From contig NC_082714.1 of assembly GCF_030144855.1 (NCBI RefSeq), forward strand, positions 134,974,001 to 135,038,000: a stretch of DNA of 64,000 nt. Direction: 5' to 3'. A program made the position numbers and the translations under genes. Shown in pieces: positions 49,861 through 60,455 of this stretch. The DNA comes from Hypanus sabinus (Eukaryota). Within the stretch, counting starts at the first letter, position 1; every line of letters begins with the position of its first letter. The notes beneath the pieces were generated by a model. The model searched no databases, had not been told where the DNA came from, and saw nothing but the letters and a program-made list of their open reading frames with translations.

Positions 49861-51449
49861 AGTTCCCATTAACCAAAGTGAAATATTAACGCATCTGACC
49901 AACATGCCTGATTTTTTTGTCTGGTTACAGGAAGCAATGATCTTGTTAGCATTTCTGGAGTATTTAGTGATGTTTAAAATGGCAGAAAGAGACAGAAAAA
50001 TAAGTGCCCATGCAATCCAAGGAAAATTCACAAATTGGATTCAAATTTTTTAGTAGGAGTTTTAGTGACTGAAAAGAAATGGGATTAGATAAGGCTCAAT
50101 ACAGGGCCCCTTGCTTTTCATGGTATATCAATAACTTGGACTTAAATGTAAGGCATGTCATTAACTATTTTGCCAGATTTGGTATTGTGGGTGATAATAA
50201 GGATCTAATTTGCAGGAAAATGTCAGTGAATTACTTAGATGTGCAAGTCTGAGACGATGCCCTTGGGATGGCCAAACAAAGAAAGGGAATACACAATAAA
50301 TGGCAGGACATAAGGAATTTCAGAGAAATGTTTGTACCTTTGAATCTACATCCACAGATCTTAGTTTGTAGTGGGACAAAAGCATAATGTCATTACATAG
50401 GCATAAAGAGCATTTGCCTCTCTCAGCCAAGGCACAGAACACAAGAATAGAAAGCTGTTGCTAGAACTGTGTAAATGGGCCACAGCTAGAATATTGTGTA
50501 GAATTCTGCTAACCAATGACAAGAAGAATGTGAAATTGCTAGTGATGGCACTAAGATGATTTGGAAGGAAATTTATAGGGTATGAGAAATTTTTAGGGTA
50601 TGAGACTGACTAAATTTGGAGAATGAGGGAGGATCTAAAGGAGATGTATAAGTTTATGAGAGGCTTAAGCAGACTGAGCACGGAGGGCCTATCTCCCTTT
50701 AGCAGAGTTAATATCTGGCGATATAGATTTGATTGATTGATTAATTAGAAATTCAGGAATTCATTTTTCATTCAATAGTGTCGTATTTGAACCCTCAATT
50801 TATTTAAGAGTAACTGCTTGAACAACTGACAAACTCAAACCAAAGAAACAAGGCAAACATCTGAGAATTGGATTAGTCTAGATAACACTTTTTCTATACC
50901 AGCATGAATTCTGGATACTTCCATGTCTCTTGCAATCTCATAGTTAAATTGGAAGACAATTTTAGTGGGCAGTGGTTGAAACTCCAACAAACCAGCCAAT
51001 CCAAGAGGAAAGGAACTCAAGTCCAAGCTCCTTGAATGGCAAACTCATGCACTGGATCTGCTCAGGAGGAAGTGATAAGGACCACAATGAGGCTGTTTGT
51101 AGACAAAAGCTGTTGAACAACCATGTGTTTTGGGGCTTGGGACATAGCTGAGGAAAGCTGATTCACAATCCACGATCTACAGATGCACTGACCCTCCCCT
51201 GAAGCAGGGCATCGGCTGATAAACAGTTTGGTCTAGGGGCATTGTTGAAACTTTTGACAGCAATGAAATCTAAACCCATGATTTATTCAGTCTGAACTTC
51301 AAGGAGATGGAGTTGAGCTCAGCAGGAACCAGGGCTTCAATTGTGCACATAAACTTTGAAAGTACCACAGTGGAAGCTGTAACATCTACTATCACTCATA
51401 GGACAACGGCTAGCTGTGAAATACTGCTTGCATAAGCTTGGAACTTCAA

Positions 51450-51900
51450 AACTAAAATGAGTGAGTGTTAAACTTGACACCAGGACCTGTCAATTTGTTG
51501 TCTTTCAGCTTTCGTCTATAAACTGTTTCACTGTAGTCCATTTCATGTCCTCCAAAGCCAATCTAGTGCATGAGCTTGCTACCCAGAGAACTGGAGTTTG
51601 AGACCCTTCTCTCTCAGCAGATATGATACACCACCTCCAGATCTCACCTCTAACCTGCCCTTAAAGCCCATGGTACAAGAACCTGAGCTGCTGTATGCCA
51701 CTATCAGATTTAAGTGATGTCTACTTCTGGGAACGCTTCTGTCTAACAGCATTGCAGATACCTTCTCCAAAAGAACCATAATTGTTCCTGATGTTAGGCC
51801 ATCACTTCCTTCACATAGGAGAGACATAAACCATCTGAATCTTATAAGCAGAAGAGACTGTACACTGAGGGGAGAACAGGGTGTGAAAAAGGAGTACCAG
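51450..51900 (-). mobile_element. Very decayed LINE APE endonuclease remnant
   Basis: RLEVRSGGGVSYLLRE resembles the DR..GGGV..Y APE motif. Confidence 0.4.
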
Positions 51901-52481
51901 ATGGAAGTTACCTTGAATCCTGCTCTTGCTTTTGGCCCTGTGCCAACAGAAACCATGATAACCACCTCACTCCCTCGGTGTGACTTGGCCTCTGAGAATA
52001 GTTGCACCCTTGCCAATCTACTTCTGCTAAGTCTGCGGTTACAGGCAGAATTTTCCTGTGTTTTTGAGTGATATGGTTACTGTAGTTGAGTAGCTGAATG
52101 TGGGAGTTTAAGTTGTGAGACTTTTGTCTGCATTAGAACAGTGGTATGGTTTGGATTTGTTGGTAGAGGCAATGTATGAGGTCATTATTCAGTTTCAGCA
52201 CAGGAACCAACATAATTTCTGACATTGAACATGTTGTCCAACTCCATACACTGCCATTTCACTGCAGCCATTCGTGGCTTCCTCTTCTCCTTAACAGGCA
52301 AAACCTCTATCCAGCTGCCATCCTCTCCCACTCAGATCTCCAAGTCCAATGTCTGTAATATGGGTGTTCTTCTGAGTTTCTGCTCCCCAATCTGCACAAC
52401 TTTAAGCAGCAGTGAAATTCAGTGCTCACTTGCTCTTACAGCGATCTAAGCTTGAGATAAATTGATACAGATTATACTCAC

Positions 52482-52496
52482 CAGGCAAACAAGCGC
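52482..52496 (-). other. Candidate 15-nt micro-exon
   Basis: ttaatttcag|GCGCTTGTTTGCCTG|gtgagt; frame-preserving length; polypyrimidine tract weak. Confidence 0.2.
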
Positions 52497-52984
52497 CTGA
52501 AATTAACTTCACTTAATACACACTAATAGGGAAAACATCACAATTGGCATATTGTGGGCATGGAAGTTCATGTATGAAGCATCCACACAAAACTTAAAAC
52601 TTAAACATGAATATCACCAGGGCCCCTTCCAGTGGTATGCTGGCATATGCTTTTGTGCCTGGTTGGATTTCTAGGCCAATGAATCTCAGCAGTTCACAAG
52701 GAAAAAAAGACTCGATGAGCAATCACTTTTTCAAGCTAAGGCAATATGTAAACAAAATGATATTCCACAAACTAGTTAATTTGGATCTAATAAACATCTT
52801 CCTATAATCTAATGCTCATCAAATTGAGCCATAGAAATAAATTTCAAAATTTTGCCATTTTAATATAAGTTATTATTAGTTTTTTAATGTAAATCACATC
52901 AGATCCTATGTGGAAACAGCTCCCTGGTGAAATACAACTGTACCTTGCATATCTGTTGTTGATATAGGGTAATTTCAACCTTAC

Positions 52985-53024
52985 CCGCAGGAAGGTACTT
53001 CTCCAGGTCCGTTGGATTTGTTCT
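52985..53024 (-). CDS. Candidate 40-nt internal exon of an unidentified minus-strand gene
   Basis: tttacttttcatttcttgccaatag|AGAACAAATCC...CTGCGG|gtaagg; all three frames open; two CpGs; unique sequence. Confidence 0.4.
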
Positions 53025-53427
53025 CTATTGGCAAGAAATGAAAAGTAAATTGTAAAACCTGTGCTTTCCCTGATGCTGTGAGTTTCTGGTGTTGCACTAA
53101 CATTAACTTTAGTGCCTTTAAAACTCATGTTTTATGGTTACTTCAGCCACTACCTTTCTGGACACTTCATCAATAAAAAAACTGAAATCAGAAACGTACA
53201 AGGAATTTGAATTTGACAGCTTTGGGCAGAATATGCTGTACTGATCCATATTATCCACATAACACACACATCCTTACTACTGAAAACAAAGGCTACATGA
53301 GCTTTTGTTGTAGTGTCCTCTGCGTCTGTAAGCCCCTGAAATGAGAGTTACTTTAAGGGTAGCATTGTTAATTAACTTTTTGATAAAGTCATTATAATTT
53401 CTCCTGCCTCATTGGTAAAGTTATTAA

Positions 53428-53690
53428 TTAATTTATTTATTTATTGAGATGGAGCAGGGAATATGTCCCTCCAGCCCTTTGAGCTACATTGCCTAGCCTA
53501 GTTATGAAACAATTTACAATGACCAACTAACCTACCAACTGGTACATGTTTGGACTGTGGGAGGTTTGGACACTGGAACACCTGGAGGAACCCACATGAT
53601 TACTGGGAGAACAGACAGCTGCGGGAATTGAACCTGGGTTGCAAGTTCGGTGAAGCGTTGTGCTAATTACTACACCATTGTACCGTTCTG
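53428..53690 (-). mobile_element. V-SINE/HE1-like SINE
   Basis: B-box GGTTCAATTCCCG; V-domain GTGGGTTCCTCCAGGTG..CCTCCCACAGTCCAAAC; (AAAT)n tail. Confidence 0.75.
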
Positions 53691-53805
53691 TTTTAAAATT
53701 TCTTTCTACTGCAAAGACTTATATTACTGAAGTGAGGATGAGTGTCTGGGTCAACCCAGAAGGGAAGGATACTTTAACCTTTTTTGTGCAGATTTAACAA
53801 AAGAA

Positions 53806-53906
53806 ACAACACACACAAAATACTGGAGGAACTCAGCAGGTTCAGGAAGTATCTACAGAAGTTAATAAACAGTCAACATTTTGGACTAGGTCCCATTCTT
53901 CAGGAT
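53806..53906 (-). mobile_element. Single-arm 101-bp Penelope-derived mini-element with a perfect 13-bp TSD
   Basis: TTTAACAAAAGAA at 53793-53805 and 53907-53919; minus strand starts ATC-CTGAAGA-ATGGG..TCC-AAAA-TGTT-GACTG. Confidence 0.85.
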
Positions 53907-54894
53907 TTTAACAAAAGAATATTTCCTAACATTTAACACTTTTAAAATATTTTGTGCTTTCTGATTTCTTTGTGGAGAGAAATACATTGAAAATAACTCC
54001 TGGTAATAATGAACATCTTTGTAAGACACAGTGATGCATAGGTCAGATATATTTTAGTATCTCCAAGACCATGTGGATTTGTTTTGCATGAAAATAGGCC
54101 AGGTTAAAATTTTCAATTATAAGAAAAGTTTTGAAAAGCAGGTAGTAAAGAATGTTTTCACTGGTTGGCAAATAAGGAAAAATTGTTTACAGTCAAAGAA
54201 TTATTATTGGAAATACAATAAGGAAACTACAACATTTAAATGCCAAGTTTTATTGAAACATTAAAAGCACAGCACAGCTGTTAAGGTTTGTCAGTATAAA
54301 GTCAATGAGAAAAGAGTTGAAAGCAGCAATTAGAGTAGCAGATACATTTGAAGAATTTGAACATGTACAGCAATGATGGAGTGAATGGCCTCCAGTGACT
54401 CTATGACTCTCTTATGGTGATTTAATTATATCTATTAAGATTTTGCTCTGTTATTGATACACTTAATAAAGTTTTAGTTGACTATGCAAGGAAAAGTTCA
54501 TAAGGATTATTGTAATTAAACATAAATGAACCTATTATTTTCTGATGATAGAATGCCATACTTTTATTTAAATTGCTGATTAACAGTTTATTCAAGAATT
54601 CACAGGAGGATCTTGTTCTTTTCCCACAAGAGTACTTATTCAAACAAAAGGTTCATTTTTCTATATATTCTTTTGCAACTTGACATTTTCTCTGTGTTAC
54701 TGTGCATACAGTTTTCTCAAGAGTAAAATAGATACTGTTGTACTAATTATCAAAAAAATTGTTATGTTCATATTTCATACATGTGCTTGCAAGATTCTAA
54801 ACATTTACTGCAGGAGTCCAACCAGAACCCTGGCACTACAGTGAGCTGGAGGGATGAATTGTCGGATATCTGTCCTGTGAAACAGGAATGGACT

Positions 54895-55858
54895 ATAGAT
54901 ATAGTATAGACATATAACCATATAACCATATAACAATCACAGCACAGAAACAGGCTATCTCGGCCCTCCTAGTCTGTGCCGAACTCTTAATCTCACCTAG
55001 TCCCACCTACCCACACTCAGCCCATAACCCTCCACTCCTTTCCTGTCCATATACCTATCCAATTTTAGCTGAAATGACACAATTGAACTGGCCTCTACTA
55101 CTTCTACAGGAAGCTATCTGTGCCGAACTCTTAATCTCACCTAGTCCCACCTACCCACACTCAGCCCATAACCCTCCACTCCTTTCCTGTCCATATACCT
55201 ATCCAATTTTAGCTGAAATGACACAATTGAACTGGCCTCTACTACTTCTACAGGAAGCTATCACTCTCTGAGTAAAGAAATACCCCCTCGTGTTTCCCTT
55301 AAACTTTTGCCCCCTAACTCTCAAATCATGTCCTCTCATTTGAATCTCCCCTACTCGCAATGGAAACAGCCTATTCACGTCAACTCTATCTATCCCTCTC
55401 AAAATTTTAAATACCTCGATCAAATCCCCCCTCAACCTTCTACGCTCCAATGAATAGAGACCTAACTTGTTCAACCTTTCTCTGTAACTTATGTACTGAA
55501 ACCGAGGTAACATCCTAGTAAATCATCTCTGCACTCTCTCTAAATTATTGATATCTTTCCTATAATTCGGTGACCAGAACTGTACACAATATTCCAAATT
55601 TAGCCTTACCAATGCCTTGTACAATTTTAACATTACATCCCAACTTCTGTACTCAATGCTCTGATTTATAAAGGCCAGCGTTCCAAAAGCCTTCTTCACC
55701 ACCCTATCTGCATGAGACTCCACTTTCAGGGAACTATGCACTGTTATTCCTAGATCTCTCTGTTCCACTGCATTCCTCAATGCCCTACCATTTACCCTGT
55801 ATGTTCTATTTGGATTATTCCTGCCAAAATGTAGAACCTCACACTTCTCAGCATTCAA
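54895..55858 (-). mobile_element. CR1 LINE 3' fragment with an internal 144-bp tandem duplication
   Basis: ORFs 55523-55954 (KCEVLHFG..LEYCVQFWSP) and 55199-55513 (LERRRLRGDLIEVFKI); CCATATAA-type tail. Confidence 0.93.
54973..55260. repeat. Perfect tandem duplication, 2 x 144 bp
   Basis: 54973-55116 is identical to 55117-55260. Confidence 0.95.
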
Positions 55859-56623
55859 CATAGATATAAGTACAGAAAATGGAAAAATGTTTACAGACCA
55901 TTGCTGCCTTTGAATTAATTGCAACAATGTTTGCACTGGTTTAACACTGAGCAACCATCTCTATGAGTCAGAAATGGTCTCATTTAACTAGATACATGCA
56001 TTTACAATTCTTGACAAGCTGTGTGGTTGGAGCACCATTTGTGCTCTGGCCAGGATTGTGATATGATACAGAAAGGAGCAGCTTACACAGTCTTGAAAGC
56101 TAAGTAAATACTAATCAATCACATCATGGCCTATCCATGCCTCAACTTCTGGTCAGGCAAAAGAGGACCCAAAAAGAATCTTTTCACTGTATCTGTGAAC
56201 CCACTTATCAGTTTCCATTTGATATGTGTTCCAACTATATGACTGTAATTGTATCTATTTTTTTCCTTTTTTATGTAAATATGTGTTTGTATTTGAAAGG
56301 ACAGATAAGCACTATTTTTACTTATTTACTATAAGAAATATTTCTAATTGGCTTTATGATGTTTTTTTTTATTGGGGTCAGGTGCAGTCTCTTGCTCTCT
56401 TGTTGCAATGTCTCCAAAATCTTGTGATCCAGTAAAGCACTCATTGCTAATTCTTGACAAAATGGCCCCCCATCTAAGTTGGGTCTCACCTTTGTAGAGG
56501 AAGCTGCATAGAGAGTATTGGAGAGCAGGTAACCTCAACAGATTCACAGGTGAAGTGTTGCCTCATATCATAAAATATGAGATCATATCATAAAATGCAC
56601 CGTAGGCATAGAGCCATAAAGAG

Positions 56624-58100
56624 CAAAATGCTGGAGGAACTCAGCAGGTCAGACAACATCCGTGGAAATGAAATATCGGTCAATGTTGCAGGCTGAGATC
56701 ATCAGGATGGAAGGGAAGGGCAAAGATGCCAGAATAAGAAGGAGGGCACGGGAAAGAGGGCAAGCTAAAAGGTGACAGGTGAAACTCAGTGGAAGTAAGA
56801 AGCTGGGAGATAAGTGGAAAAGGTAAAGGGCTGGAGAAGAAGGAATTGGATAATAGAGAAAAGTGGACCATGGAGGAGGTGATAAGCAGATGAGGAAAAG
56901 AGGTAACCACTGGGATACATAGGAAAATTAAATAAGAAGGAAAAGTGAAGCATATAGGCAGCAGAGTAGGAAATTGTAGAGATGTCCTCCTTCTTCAAAG
57001 AACAGAATTTCCTTTCCTCCGCCATTGATTCTACCCTCGCTCACACCTTCTCTGTTTCCCGGACACTCACCCTAACTTCTTGCCATCTTATCAGGGATAG
57101 AGTTTCTCTTATCCTCACCTACCACCCTATGAGCCTTATATCCAACACATCATTCTTCACAACTTATGCCATCTTCAACCCTGCCACCAAACACCTCCTT
57201 ATCTCCCCCCCCCCTCCACCACCACACTCTCCACTTTGCAGGGATTGTTCCTTTTGTGATTCCCTTGTCCATTCATCCCTCCCTAATAATCTCCCTCCTG
57301 GTACTTTCCCTGCAAATGGAAGAAGTGCTATGCCCACCCATGCACCTCCTCTCTCATCTCCATTCTATTCTTCAAACAGTCCTTCTAGTTGAGGCAACAC
57401 TTCACCTGTGAATCTGTTAAGGTTAGCTGCTGTTTCCAATACTCTATGCAGCCTCCTCTACAATGGTGAGACCCAACTTAGATGGAGGGCTATTTTGTCA
57501 AGCATCTTCACTCTATGTGCAAGCAGTAGGATTTCCCGGTGCCAAAACATTTTAATTCCAATAGCCATTTCCATTCCAACATGTCAGTCCATGACCTCCT
57601 CTTCTGCCATAATGAGGCCAGTTGGGCTGGAAGAGCAACACCTCATATTCTGTCCAAGTAGCCTCCAACCTGATAGCATGAACTATGATTTCTCCAATTT
57701 AAGGTAATTTTTTCTCCTTCTCCCTCTATAATTCCCCATTCAGACCTCTTACCTCTTCTCCTCACCTACCTATCACCTCCCCTTTTGTTCTTCCTCATTC
57801 CCTTTTTCCCATGGTTCACTTCCCTCTCCTATCAGATTCCTTCTTCTATAGCCCTTTATATTTTCCACCTATCACCTCCCAGCTTCTTACTTCATCCCCC
57901 TTCCCCCAAACACCAGGCCTCGCCTATTACCTTCTAGTTTGCCCTCATTCCCTTTCCCCCACATTCTGGCATCTTCTCCCACCTATCCAGTCCATATGAA
58001 AGACCTCACCCAAAATGTTTATTAATCTTGATAGATACTGCCTGACCTACTGAATTCATTCAGCATTGTGTGTGTGTTGCTCCATCTCCTCTGGATTTCA
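56624..58100 (+). mobile_element. Penelope-like element: inverted pseudo-LTR, decayed RT C-terminus/GIY-YIG endonuclease, pseudo-LTR
   Basis: MSSFFKE..F, DRVSLILTYHP, HFTCES, LLY.GET, LEEQHLIF..SLQP..MN.DFSN motifs; purine-rich 56700-56900 is the reverse complement of pyrimidine-rich 57760-57990; hammerhead remnants at both ends. Confidence 0.88.
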
Positions 58101-58149
58101 GGGAGACACTTCACTCTTAACAGATTTTTTTTTTAAGGCTTGATCCAAC

Positions 58150-58907
58150 ATTTAGGTTTATTTATCATGTGTACATCAAATCATACAGTGAAATGCATTG
58201 TTTGTAATAACAGTGAAGTGTGCTGGGGGCAGCCTACATGTGTCACCGCGCATCCCAGCACCAATGTAGTATGTCCATAATGCTTGGCAGAACCACACAG
58301 AATGCAACAAATCAGAACATGACAAGCAACAGAACAACAACAGAAAAAACAAGTCCCATTTCTCCCTCCCACCCATGCACGCACGGTTCACTTTCCTCTA
58401 ACCACAGGTCATGCCATGTTCTTTGGATTTCAACCACCAGAGAACTCAGACAATGGGCTTTGATTTCCCCAGAGATTTGCAGACTTGGAACTCAGGGCAA
58501 TAACCCCAAGGACCTACCAGTCACTCAGCACTAGACTTCAAGTCTGCTCTCACTGATTCACTAACCCAGAGGGTCACCAGACCTCATTCCTCCTTCCTGC
58601 ATGGCACTCCAACTTCAGAGCCTACTGACAACTTGCTAACCAAAGCAGGGCTACCAGCCCTTGCCCAGGCTGGACAACTGGCTCGATATCCAACCATAAA
58701 AGTCCCACATCTGCATCGCTGGTCTTCAAAGGCAGAGTGGGGACTTAGATTCCAGCCTGACCTCAAATTCTTCTACATCCCTGACTCTAATCCCTAACAT
58801 GACCCTTAAATCCCCTCTATGTCCCCCAAGTTATTTCTGTGAACCTAAGGAAACAATTAAATCTGAGCCACAACTCAAAGGAGGTCACAGTTTGACACCA
58901 TCTAGGA
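58150..58907 (-). mobile_element. Second copy of the non-autonomous Rex1-ended element
   Basis: 58150-58390 is similar to 38490-38735; the minus-strand 5' end reads CTAGATGGTGTC. Confidence 0.6.
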
Positions 58908-60114
58908 AAGACTGCCTGTCCACCCTTCGTATTTATTCAGTACATGGGGGAGAATTTGATTTAGTTGTCTATAAATTGACTATAGAACAGCCACTTGGTT
59001 AGCATTGTATCACAAAGTAGGATAATATAATACAAAGTAGAATATAGGAAAACAGAATATATGCATTGGGGAGATGTAACAGAAACTGTCCTTGAGCCTG
59101 TACATTGAGATAGTACAAAAGGAAAATAAAGCAGAATGCCAAATTAATATTATAGTTACAGAGTATTATAGTTATAGTTGTGAAGGCAGGCAAATAAAGT
59201 GCAAAGGCCATGAAGAGGTAGATTGATGTAAATTCATCTTTAATATGTAAGTGGTCCATTCAAGAACCAAGCGTGGGAGAGAAGCTACACTTGAGCCTGG
59301 AGATATATATCCTCAAGCTTCTGTATCTTCATTTTTTGGATCTATCGGCCTCAAAGATTAGTGGAACCAGAGTCTTGCAATATTTTTTAAGCAGTATTCG
59401 AAATACAAAGGTGAGTTTGGCTGGGGTAGACGCAACTGCAGAATTGGGGCTGCATCAGATCAGACCTGCCCTGATCAAACAGCTAAGCAGGTTTGAAGAA
59501 CCATGCAGTCAACATCTGCTACTAGTTAATATATAAACTGAAATAAATTAACATTGTAAACGAAGTACCACAAAAGATGTGGTGAAAGAAATTTGTCTAG
59601 GCCAAGATCAACAGATCCAAGTCCAAGTCAAAACTGAGGCTCGGCCCAAGCCTCAGTCTTCTGGATGATCTCCATTTGCCTTGTTTTGACAGCCTGACCT
59701 GCGAGCAGATTAGATTTGGTACCATTTACCTCACCATCAGCAATCTCATATACACGCTGGGAGCTGGGGAGCAGGAAACAGTTGTTAAAAGCACTGTGAG
59801 GGTGGGAGGTGTTCCTTGCTCTTCTCACATCCCATCACAATTATTAAACATTAGGGTTTTATGATCAGATGTTGGGCTTGTTTCTCCCACGTTTTGAACC
59901 ATACTGCAGATATTGACTGGCCTGCAAGTGCCAACAAAACCCTAATGTTGAATATTTCTGATTAGATGTGAAAAGGTCACGGAAACACCCTCTGGCCCCA
60001 CCATGCTTGTAATGACTATTCTATGTCAGGAATGTTCAACTCTGGCTGTCCATCTAAAGAAAGCCTTTTATTCAAAGAGCTCTAATACTTGGAAGTTTCA
60101 ATATTGTCCATATT

Positions 60115-60455
60115 TAACTTATTTACTGCCTGTTACACCACTGGCATTTAGGGCAACAGTGAAGCTCTTCCACCTGTGTCTTCACAATCCTTCACACACA
60201 GATGAAGTATTCTTCATAACTGTTTCCTCAACGACTTTTTTTCACCAGTCTGGGTTACTAGCCCTGATCTGGACCCCTGAACCAGGAGGCCTGATGGACC
60301 ACTCTTAGCCTGATCTCTACCCTTTGACCTGTTTGGCATGGGTGTCACTACCAAGAGCCAAAGCACAAGGCTCAGACTCGAGTCAACATGTCTCTCCAGA
60401 TCATTGACGCACACAAGCCTCCAAACCTTATAATAAGGTTGTGATCCTCTTGGAA
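60115..60455 (-). mobile_element. Second copy of the RTE/Expander-like bipartite element, internally shorter
   Basis: Shares CCCTTTGACCTGTT.GGCATGGGTG and CCAAAGCACAA and the TTACTG..GGCATTTAG 3' end with 15698-16120. Confidence 0.75.

Larger units (their letters stand above)
46210..50900 (+). mobile_element. Very old CR1 ORF2 (EN to RT to 3' end) fragmented by several younger insertions
   Basis: Colinear remnants: GDFN (about 46450), RT start (about 48700-48850), LTN..DFF (about 49895), LLELCK..QLEYCV (about 50460-50505). Confidence 0.55.
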
